From NCBI RefSeq assembly GCF_009831105.1, contig NZ_WUUQ01000001.1, positions 810,001 through 842,000 of the forward strand: a stretch of 32,000 nt of DNA, in the 5' to 3' direction. Below are positions 24,721 to 32,000 of the stretch, one piece after another. The translations under genes and the position numbers were made by a program. Below the pieces are notes generated by a model. That model saw nothing but the letters and a program-made list of their open reading frames with translations, was not told the origin of the DNA and did not search any database. The DNA comes from Copranaerobaculum intestinale. Lineage in GTDB: Bacteria > Bacillota_I > Bacilli_A > Erysipelotrichales > Erysipelotrichaceae. The number at the start of each line of letters is the position of its first letter. Position 1 is the first letter of the stretch.

Positions 24721-24799
24721 CAAAGTATAATTTTTCTAAAAGTTATGCTTTGTCATTTTTTATCCTGACTTCACTATTAACAATTACAATAATAATTAT

Positions 24800-25292
24800 A
24801 GAATTTAAGAGCTATTCTTTTTCAATATGCCAGTTCTTCTTCATAATTTGGTTTTGATTATTTAAATGTATTTAAAAATCATTTATCTTTTACTTTCACA
24901 GAGCCACAATCCTAAGATATCATTGTACCCATTTACATCAACGTCTTGTATTATGTAAACAGCATATTTCTTCACCTTTTATCTACTTTTGACGTATATA
25001 TAATTAAGAATGCGTAGCATGCAAATGCTGATAACATTTTCTTCTAATTCTGGTAATACGAGAAAGATTATGTCTGAAACTATTTTATGTAATATCGAAA
25101 AGCTATTAATTTTTTTCCGCTAATTTGAAATATTGTGTTTTAATACACTGACGTACCAGCTTATATCTTATTCTCAATACTATTTACATCTCTTTGATGT
25201 TAAAAATATCCGCCATGATTATTGATTTCAATATTACCTTACGTGATATTATTGACTATATCTATTTGTTCATTTTTAGACTTTTTTGCCAT
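24800..25292 (-). pseudogene. IS256-family (mutator-type) transposase relic
   Basis: On the minus strand: GAGGAA ribosome-binding site plus ATG at 25292 (MAKKSKNEQIDIVNNIT*). Further on, ...VYIIQDVDVNGYNDILGLWLCES... resembles the GYxxILGxxxGExE block around the first catalytic Asp region. Many stops; only about 0.5 kb is left. Confidence 0.4.
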
Positions 25293-25320
25293 ATATTCTT
25301 CCTCTACTTTCTTGTATCGC

Positions 25321-25370
25321 AAAAAAAGAAAAACCGTGTAAATTGAGAATAAATAGCTCAACTTACACAG
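25321..25370 (-). terminator. Hairpin plus T-run on the minus strand, downstream of the island lipoprotein gene
   Basis: 14-nt arms CCGTGTAAATTGAG / CTCAACTTACACAG (12 of 14 positions pair). On the minus strand they are followed by TTTTTCTTTTTTT. Confidence 0.55.
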
Positions 25371-25616
25371 TTTGTATTACATATATTCTATATCACACTT
25401 TATTACTCAGTTCACCCAATCTATCTTCTGTCATATCACTTATCAATTTTAAGAACATGTTAGAAATATTTTAATGTTTATTATATTCATTCTTTACTTT
25501 CATTGAATGGAAAGCCTTTATATTTACATATCTATTAACATTTATTTTTTAAGACTTAGATAGGATGCCAAGATGTGTAGTACATAAATACTGATATTCA
25601 TAAGTGATAAAAAAGA

Positions 25617-26009
25617 TTAATGATTGTTGTCTCTTTCATATAAAGTAGTTCCAGTAATATCTAAATCTTCATAGGTTAAATCTAATTCTTTTAAGAGACT
25701 GTCAATCTTCTTTTTTGCTTTTTTATCACAATTACTATTTTTATCTGGATCCGTATTACTTAACACACAATAACTTGGGTTATATGATGTTGATGATTTT
25801 GCACCACTATTATCTTCTTTTGGGAAAAAAGTGAAAGTTATATCATCTCTAGTAAAAATATATCCTTTCTTATCTTTGAAATCATAAAATTCTTCTTCAA
25901 ATCCATTATCCAGAAGAATAGAGCGAATGTCTTTTTCTTCTTTCCCACCACAACCGACTATACAAGATAAAAATAAGACTGCAAATAAAATAAGTGCTGT
26001 TTTTCTCAT
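25617..26009 (-). CDS. Small lipoprotein (130 aa)
   Basis: Signal peptide plus lipobox MRKTALILFAVLFLSCIVGC. Opposite strand to the tail genes, inside the AT-rich insert. Confidence 0.7.
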   Translation of the reverse strand: MRKTALILFAVLFLSCIVGCGGKEEKDIRSILLDNGFEEEFYDFKDKKGYIFTRDDITFTFFPKEDNSGAKSSTSYNPSYCVLSNTDPDKNSNCDKKAKKKIDSLLKELDLTYEDLDITGTTLYERDNNH

Positions 26010-26451
26010 AAATTCATCTCTTTATCTTAATATTAGCATATTAAATAAGGATTTCCAATAAAGATATATTTACTATACTAATACTTTTAGATTACATTCA
26101 GATGCTTCTTTATTAGGTTTCAATTTAGCTATTTTAAGAATTAATAAATTATGTGTTTAAAAACAGATATTTGCTTGAATTTATTCTAGTTAACATAAGT
26201 ATTTTTGTATAAAAATTTTCCAAAATCAAGATGAAAATAGTCAGATAGAATGGTGTGGTACATAAAATTTAATTTCTCATATATACACGAATCAGAAATA
26301 AATATTAATTGTTAAAAATTGGTATTCTTTATACTGTATTTGTGCTAGTTAAATGTTAATGATTATAAAACTGAATCATCAAATTTATAAAGGGAAAGAC
26401 ATATTCCTAGAACTGCGGAAATAGAAAAATAAGACAAAAATAATAACTATA

Positions 26452-26581
26452 TTGCGACAATGTACCTAGATATCCATGATAAGATGATAGTGTGGTTTGA
26501 TAGATAGAAAACCTTTGCCTTTTGTTTGAATGGCATAAAAAAACAAAGCAATGAAGGCTGTGCTTCTTTTTTACACAGGAT
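26452..26581 (+). repeat. Late promoter/leader element, copy 2
   Basis: Same four conserved blocks as 21264-21401, and the same 20-nt distance from CACAGGAT to the start codon (26602). Confidence 0.7.
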
Positions 26582-26601
26582 ACTAAAGGGAGAAAATAAA
26601 T

Positions 26602-27003
26602 ATGAGTAAATTTGAATTTAAGAATCAGGAAAAGCCAGAATTCTTGAAACTTCAGATAAATGGAAGAAACTATTCATTTAATCCATTGTCATTATCGGTG
26701 AAAAGAGCTTCAGAAAAATTTTTGAAGGGACAAAAAGTGCTTATGCGCCAGTCAAAGAAAGAAAATTTAAAACAGGAAGAAATCTCTGATATTGTTTATA
26801 AATGCTGTGATTTAGTAAGAGAAACCATTGATTTGATTCTAGGTAATGGAGCGTATGAAAAAATATTTGGAGGCAGAACGATGGATTTTGAAGAAAATCA
26901 GGAATTAGTAACCTTTATTTTTCAAGAAATTGCATCATTTACCAAAAATAAGAATCTGACGGTACATGCGGAAGAAATGAATCATGAACATCTTGTTGGA
27001 TAA
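26602..27003 (+). CDS. Putative tail assembly chaperone
   Basis: 133 aa, acidic. Sits at the position preceding the gp15-like and tape-measure genes. GGGAG ribosome-binding site. Confidence 0.55.
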   Translation: MSKFEFKNQEKPEFLKLQINGRNYSFNPLSLSVKRASEKFLKGQKVLMRQSKKENLKQEEISDIVYKCCDLVRETIDLILGNGAYEKIFGGRTMDFEENQELVTFIFQEIASFTKNKNLTVHAEEMNHEHLVG

Positions 27004-27586
27004 GCTTCCGAACAAGGTTGAAATTAATCAGAAGGAAATTGATATTCGATCTGATTTCAGACAGGGAATACAGTTTGAAATGCTGATGGCTGATTCATCA
27101 ATTTCCTATATGGATAAGATGTTAAAAGCTATTTTAATATACTATCCAAAAGTTCCGGAGGATATATCTGCATGTGTTGAAAAACTTATATGGTTTTATA
27201 ACTGTGGAATGAAATTGAAAGAGAGAAAAAATGTGAATGGGAAATTAACAAATAAACCGATTTTTTCCTATGAGCAAGATCAATATCTTATTTATTCAGC
27301 TTTCCTGCAGTATTATCAAATTGATCTGAATGATATTGAATATTTGCATTGGTGGAAATTTAAAGAGCTTTTTCAAGAATTGCCAGATGAATCAAAAATA
27401 AAACAAGTGATGATGTACCGATCCATACCGATTACTTCGAATATGTCTGAGGATCAAAGACAATTTTATGCAAATATGAAAAATATATATCGTTTAAATG
27501 ATGATCGTTCGGAAAAACAGATTGCTAATTCTTTTGCATCTATCCTTGCTTCTGGGATGATGAATGCCCCTGAACTTGAATACTAG
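26984..27586 (+). CDS. Gp15-like tail assembly protein
   Basis: 200 aa. N-terminal LPNKVEINQKEIDIRSDFRQGIQFEMLM resembles the Gp15 family of TP901-1/A118-like phages. Overlaps the upstream gene by 20 nt. Confidence 0.55.
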   Translation: MNILLDKLPNKVEINQKEIDIRSDFRQGIQFEMLMADSSISYMDKMLKAILIYYPKVPEDISACVEKLIWFYNCGMKLKERKNVNGKLTNKPIFSYEQDQYLIYSAFLQYYQIDLNDIEYLHWWKFKELFQELPDESKIKQVMMYRSIPITSNMSEDQRQFYANMKNIYRLNDDRSEKQIANSFASILASGMMNAPELEY

Positions 27587-27647
27587 AATATATCAACTTA
27601 AAAAAATCATATTGTAAAACAGATTAATGATGAAAAAGTGTTTAAAT

Positions 27648-27726
27648 CTATTGGAAAAGCAAATAGAAGATGATATGCTGAAAACATGAAAGAAGAGAGG
27701 AATTATTATGAAAAGAAATTTTTTGA
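27648..27726 (+). repeat. Conserved leader/mini-ORF block, copy 3 (upstream of paralog E)
   Basis: 77 nt identical to copy 1. Weaker similarity extends upstream to about 27615. Confidence 0.85.
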
Positions 27727-27965
27727 GTATATTTGGGATTGAACCATTCAAAATTCGAGATTACATGTTAAATGAAATATTAATGGGAATACAAGAAAAT
27801 GGGGGAGAAATTTTAAATACACAAATACAAAAGTCATATCCTAATCATTATGCATTTTTCTTAGTGTTGTATGAGGATAATAATCATTATTCTGAAATTC
27901 ATGCATTTTTAGAAAGTTATGAAGAGATTACGAAAAAAACCGTATGGCATCAACAAAATACTTAA
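27708..27965 (+). CDS. Small protein, same family, paralog E (85 aa)
   Basis: 52 of 82 aligned residues are identical to paralog A (counted by eye). Located between the gp15-like gene and the tape-measure gene. Confidence 0.7.
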   Translation: MKRNFLSIFGIEPFKIRDYMLNEILMGIQENGGEILNTQIQKSYPNHYAFFLVLYEDNNHYSEIHAFLESYEEITKKTVWHQQNT

Positions 27966-27990
27966 AGAATAAAATCACAAATAATTTGGG

Positions 27991-28017
27991 AAAAGAAATC
28001 AAATGATTTCTTTTTTT
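27991..28017 (+). terminator. Intrinsic terminator between paralog E and the tape-measure gene
   Basis: AAAAGAAATC / GATTTCTTTT stem followed by a T-run, 30 nt before the TMP start codon. Confidence 0.7.
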
Positions 28018-28048
28018 ATCTTGATTAATAAAAGAAAGGAATGGTTAT

Positions 28049-30361
28049 ATGATAGAGAATTATGAAATAGATTCAAAGACATTTTTAAACCAAATGGATC
28101 AGCTATCTATCTCCGTACAGAAGGCAATGCAAATGATGGGTGAAAGTATTTCTGTAACCATGAGTGATTTGGCTTCTACGTTAGATAGAACTATTCAATA
28201 TATGGACACATTTGCAAGTAGTACTGCTTCAGTTAGTGATGCACAATCCACGGCGATAACAAGCATAACACTGTTCAATGGGGTTATGGGGATGTTAAGC
28301 GCAACGATAAATATTGCTAATACCTGTGCAGAAAACTTTAATCTTGCAATGCTTGCAAGTCCATATGTTATCGTCGCTACAGCAATTGCTGGAGTAGTAA
28401 GTGCTCTGGGAGTATTATCATCCTTCATGGGTAACGAAATAAGTGAGCATCAGCGTGCCATGGATGCGATCAATAAAGAAATTGATGCAAGAAATGATTT
28501 AAAAAGTAAACAAGAGGAACAATTAGCAGCCAATTTAAGTGAAGCAGTTAATATTCAGGGATTGAATAATGAGCTCAATAAACTTGTAAATGCGAATGGT
28601 GAAGTAAAAGCGGGCTATGAAGATAGAGCCGCTTTTATTATATCTACATTAAATAGTGCTTTAGGAGAACAGATTAAAATAGAAAATGGCGTGGTAACTG
28701 GTTACGATAACGCATCAGGAGCCATTGATAACAAAATTGCGAAATTACGAGCTGAAGCTGTACTGGAAGCAGAATTGCCTATTTATAAAAAAGCATTGAT
28801 AGAATTATCCGAGGCTCAGGTTAAAGCGGATAAATTAGAAAGTGAAATGTCCGAATTAAAAACAAAAAGGAAGGCCAAAGAAGCTGAGCTTGAAGCTGAA
28901 TATCATGATAATTGGAGACAAAAAGCTTTAGAAAAAGGAGATCTTCGTTTAGCAGAATTATCACAATTAGAATTAGAAACTGATACAAAGCAAGAGCAAT
29001 ATGATCAGCAGAATAAACTTATTGAAGGATATTATGATGATATTTCGCTCTATGAAACAAATGCTGCGTTAATTGCCAGTGGCAATGCTGAGAATTATGC
29101 AAAAGTCCAAATGGAATCTGCTGTAACCAAAGCACAATCTGTTGAAGAGAAAAAAATAGCTTTGCAAAAAGAGATTGATGCGGAAACAGATCATATTGAT
29201 TACTTGAAAGAATTAAAGAATAAAGAAAAGGATGAAGAAAAACAACGTCAAATTCAAGCTCAAATTGAGGCTGAAGAGTTGAAACTCACTGGCTATCAAA
29301 ATGAAATTGACGGATTTGTAGAGCAAGGGGAGAAAATAGCAGAGCTAGGAAAAATTAAAAATAATGATGAATTGAGCGCGTTGGAAACATTTATTAATAG
29401 CAAACAAGAGAAACTTATAGAAATGAATCAAACCGAGAGTTCACAATGGACTGAGCAGCAACAGCAAGAGGCAGCAGATTTACAAAAATCGATAACCGAT
29501 AATTTGAAATTATATACAGATTATGCTGACAAAAAGATTTTAAAAGCAAAAGAAAAAACGGCAAAGCTGAATGAAAATTCAACTCAAGAGGAGAAGGATG
29601 CGGCAGCAGCAGCCGAACGTGAAGCGGCGAACACATTAGAAATATTAGGACAGAATGCAATTGATAAATTAAATGTTTTGGAAGATTTAAAACAGCGTAA
29701 GAAAAATGGAGAATCCGGTATAACCGATGATATGATCGAAGAAGCTGCCAGACAAGCAAAGGAAGCTGAAAAAGGCTATAAAAAAGTCGCAAATAAAGTG
29801 GAAGGAAGTTTTAAGGACCTACCTGAAAGCTCACGTAAAATCTTTGGCGATGTAATGATACCAATGCTAGATGAAATGCAGAAGAAAGAAGAACCGTTGT
29901 TTAAAAAAGCGGATCGAATAGCTGGGGGAATCCTAGATCGATTGAAAAAATCCTTTGACATACATTCACCTTCCCGTAAAGTGCGTCAAATTTTCCAATA
30001 TGTAATGGAAGGTGCCAAAATAGGATTGGATGATCGAACTCCGGAATTGTTAAAACAGACTGATGCTATTTCATCTGATGTTTTAGAGTCTTTCCTAAAT
30101 CTGGATGTATCAGAAGTAAATCGAATGGTTGATAAGATGCAAGATGCATTCCATCGAGAAAATTTTAAGATAAATGGTTTGATACAATCAAGTTATTCAC
30201 ATGAATTGATGACTACCGGAAAATTACATGTCGATGTTCCTGAATTAAAAGCAACTTTAAAGGGTAATCTTGAGAATCACATTTCCATTGACGGGCGTGA
30301 AACGGCAGTCGCATTAACGCCTTTTATCAGTGAAGAAATAGCGTTTCAAGGAGGTCTATAA
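28049..30361 (+). CDS. Tail tape measure protein
   Basis: 770 aa: hydrophobic segments near the N terminus, a very long E/K-rich coiled coil, and a C-terminal DIHSPSRK-type motif. Lies immediately upstream of the Dit and Tal genes. Confidence 0.88.
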   Translation: MIENYEIDSKTFLNQMDQLSISVQKAMQMMGESISVTMSDLASTLDRTIQYMDTFASSTASVSDAQSTAITSITLFNGVMGMLSATINIANTCAENFNLAMLASPYVIVATAIAGVVSALGVLSSFMGNEISEHQRAMDAINKEIDARNDLKSKQEEQLAANLSEAVNIQGLNNELNKLVNANGEVKAGYEDRAAFIISTLNSALGEQIKIENGVVTGYDNASGAIDNKIAKLRAEAVLEAELPIYKKALIELSEAQVKADKLESEMSELKTKRKAKEAELEAEYHDNWRQKALEKGDLRLAELSQLELETDTKQEQYDQQNKLIEGYYDDISLYETNAALIASGNAENYAKVQMESAVTKAQSVEEKKIALQKEIDAETDHIDYLKELKNKEKDEEKQRQIQAQIEAEELKLTGYQNEIDGFVEQGEKIAELGKIKNNDELSALETFINSKQEKLIEMNQTESSQWTEQQQQEAADLQKSITDNLKLYTDYADKKILKAKEKTAKLNENSTQEEKDAAAAAEREAANTLEILGQNAIDKLNVLEDLKQRKKNGESGITDDMIEEAARQAKEAEKGYKKVANKVEGSFKDLPESSRKIFGDVMIPMLDEMQKKEEPLFKKADRIAGGILDRLKKSFDIHSPSRKVRQIFQYVMEGAKIGLDDRTPELLKQTDAISSDVLESFLNLDVSEVNRMVDKMQDAFHRENFKINGLIQSSYSHELMTTGKLHVDVPELKATLKGNLENHISIDGRETAVALTPFISEEIAFQGGL

Positions 30362-31020
30362 TGAAAATAAATGATCATAATTTTACAGAATTTCGCGCAA
30401 GTGTTGTGCGATTCTCCCCCGTAAGCATGGAGTTTACGCAAGATATTTTATTTGGCGGTAACAGCTACTATCCGATCATGGGCGAAAAGTCATTAAAGCC
30501 GCAGCAGCGTGAATTGGTAATCGACTTTACCCGTGAAGAAGATATCAGTAATTTTTCTGCGGAAGCCCAAAAAGAATGTGTGCTTGATCTGGATGATGGA
30601 TATCGCTATCACTGCTATCCAACTACCTATGGCAAAATCAGCGAGGAAGCATACGGAGCTTATACCGGTATTTATACGTTTTATACGTTAAAGCAGAAAC
30701 CGTTGATTACGGAAAATTTGAATGATTCAATCATGAATCAGGGAAATATTGAAACAAACATGATTTATGAAATCACATCAAAACAAGCGATTGATGATTT
30801 TTATGTGGGTGATATTCATGTAATGAGTCTGCCCACAGATAAAACGCTGATCATCGACGGTATCGATAAACGCATTTATTATCAGGACAATCCGGATGTT
30901 TCAGCCTTCGACAGTGTGATGATTTCACGATTTCCGATGTTAAAAGCTGGACTTAATGAAATCACTAAAAGCGATCCCAGTGTGCAGGTAGTCGTGAAGT
31001 ACTATCCAACCTTTATGTAA
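30361..31020 (+). CDS. Distal tail protein (Dit, siphovirus tail family)
   Basis: 219 aa. ATGA overlap with the TMP stop. Position and size fit Dit. Confidence 0.65.
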   Translation: MKINDHNFTEFRASVVRFSPVSMEFTQDILFGGNSYYPIMGEKSLKPQQRELVIDFTREEDISNFSAEAQKECVLDLDDGYRYHCYPTTYGKISEEAYGAYTGIYTFYTLKQKPLITENLNDSIMNQGNIETNMIYEITSKQAIDDFYVGDIHVMSLPTDKTLIIDGIDKRIYYQDNPDVSAFDSVMISRFPMLKAGLNEITKSDPSVQVVVKYYPTFM

Positions 31021-31032
31021 GGAGGCAGGACT

Positions 31033-32000
31033 ATGTTACTAATAAAAACAGCGCAGGGCTATCTGCCGTTGGAAAACCGAACCAATTTTAGTATAACTAC
31101 CGAATATGAGGGCGAGCAATCGCTCTCTTTTGATATTCAGCCATCAGATTCTAACTTTACATATTTGAAGGAAGAATCATCACTTCGATTTGAAGATAAT
31201 GATTTTCTGATTAAATCAATTAACCAGCGAAAAGAAATAGCTACTATCACGGCTGAAATTGACATGGATGAATGGAAAAAACAGATATATCCTCGTTTTA
31301 TTCGTAAAAACATAGGGTTTACGGAATTGCTGGAGTACATTATTCCATCCGGATGGACGCTCGTAGGTGCTGGTACAGTTGTAGGGCACACAGATATTGA
31401 CATGGAAGGATGCACTGATTACGAAATTCTAATGGCATGTAAACAGTTATATGGTGTGGTCTATGAGTATCATACCGCTTCAAAACAGATCAAGATCATT
31501 CATCCGGATCTGATTCAGCCGCGGGGTTTGTATATGAGTGATGAATTGAATTTGCAGAATTTGGAATTTAAAGGATCAAGCAGCGGATTCGTAACCAGAT
31601 TGTATGCATATGGTAAAAAAACGGAAACAAAAGATGAGGACGGCAATGTTTCAGCGGTTTCCTATGTGAATTTTGCGGTGCTCAACAAGGGCAAAGAATA
31701 TATTGAAAATCATGAATATAGTGAAAAAATTGTTTCTGCCTATTGGCATGATGACGCAATCACGGATGAAAAAGAGCTTTTGGATGAAGCAATCGAAAAA
31801 TTAAAAATAGCTGCAATTCCCAATCGCTCTTATAGCTGTAAACTTATCGATCTTTCAAGAATAAATCCCAAATATCGCATGCTGGATTTTAAAATGTATG
31901 ATAAACCTACCTTAATTGATAATCGGTGTAATTTATATATTACTCATCAGATCGTACAATACAAACGGTATCCAGATAATGAAGGTCTTAATGAAATTGC
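31033..32000 (+). CDS. Tail-associated (Tal) / phage minor structural protein, N-terminal part; continues beyond the window
   Basis: AAGGAGG ribosome-binding site plus ATG at 31033, with an open frame to the window edge. Absent from the ORF track because it has no stop in the window. The N-terminal region resembles prophage tail endopeptidase/Tal N domains. Confidence 0.7.
   Translation, partial: MLLIKTAQGYLPLENRTNFSITTEYEGEQSLSFDIQPSDSNFTYLKEESSLRFEDNDFLIKSINQRKEIATITAEIDMDEWKKQIYPRFIRKNIGFTELLEYIIPSGWTLVGAGTVVGHTDIDMEGCTDYEILMACKQLYGVVYEYHTASKQIKIIHPDLIQPRGLYMSDELNLQNLEFKGSSSGFVTRLYAYGKKTETKDEDGNVSAVSYVNFAVLNKGKEYIENHEYSEKIVSAYWHDDAITDEKELLDEAIEKLKIAAIPNRSYSCKLIDLSRINPKYRMLDFKMYDKPTLIDNRCNLYITHQIVQYKRYPDNEGLNEI

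Larger units (their letters stand above)
17696..32000. mobile_element. Phage-derived island beside tRNA-Lys (defective prophage or tail-only element); the right end lies outside the window
   Basis: Integrase relic next to the tRNA, ImmA/XRE module, late regulator and siphovirus tail genes. Composition is AT-richer than the core genes on the left. Confidence 0.85.

Noticed and set aside
25286-25474. Track ORF 25286-25474(+), 62 aa.
   Set aside because: It lies in AT-rich DNA with no ribosome-binding site, spans the 25334-25370 hairpin and is antisense to the transposase-relic start. It is unlikely to be coding.
26940-27003. Programmed -1 frameshift (G/GT-type) joining the chaperone and gp15-like ORFs.
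   Set aside because: I found no convincing slippery heptamer (XXXYYYZ) in the 20-nt overlap. The downstream ORF has its own ATG at 26984, so I annotated two separate genes. This cannot be excluded without experimental data.
31137-31415. Track ORF 31137-31415(-), 92 aa.
   Set aside because: It is antisense to the Tal-like gene, which starts at 31033 with a strong ribosome-binding site and stays open to the window edge.

Overview
Low-GC Gram-positive (Bacillota-type) chromosome: GGAGG-type ribosome-binding sites, lipobox lipoproteins, hairpin plus T-run terminators. The window has two parts.

**1-17.7 kb: ordinary core genes.** MFS exporter, tRNA-Ala, alanine dehydrogenase, TfoX-C protein, ABC-F ATPase, uracil-DNA glycosylase, VOC protein, NodB-type deacetylase, a candidate Mn2+ (yybP-ykoY-like) riboswitch in front of a P-type cation ATPase, MATE exporter, RimO, a hypoxanthine/UDG-family glycosylase, D-lactate dehydrogenase, a transglutaminase-like lipoprotein, then tRNA-Ser and tRNA-Lys.

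**17.7 kb to the window end: a phage-derived island next to tRNA-Lys.**
- It carries a decayed tyrosine integrase, a lipoprotein, an ImmA/XRE repressor pair and a divergent switch region.
- Next comes a sigma/ArpU-like late regulator, followed directly by a siphovirus-type tail module: major tail protein, chaperone, gp15-like protein, tape measure, Dit, Tal.
- No replication, terminase, portal or capsid genes lie in between. I read this as a tail-only element: either a candidate F-type tailocin locus or a heavily pruned prophage.

**Most unusual content: a visibly AT-richer insert that splits the tail operon.**
- It holds an unrecognised ~80-aa protein family in five copies (three intact, two decayed). 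The scaffold is conserved and one central segment is hypervariable.
- Three copies sit behind a near-identical ~100-nt leader with an in-frame upstream mini-ORF.
- The insert also contains relics of duplicated chaperone/gp15 sequence, an IS256-like transposase relic and a second lipoprotein.
- A duplicated ~130-nt late promoter/leader element appears to re-drive the distal tail genes.

All calls come from reading the sequence and the ORF track. No database search was possible.
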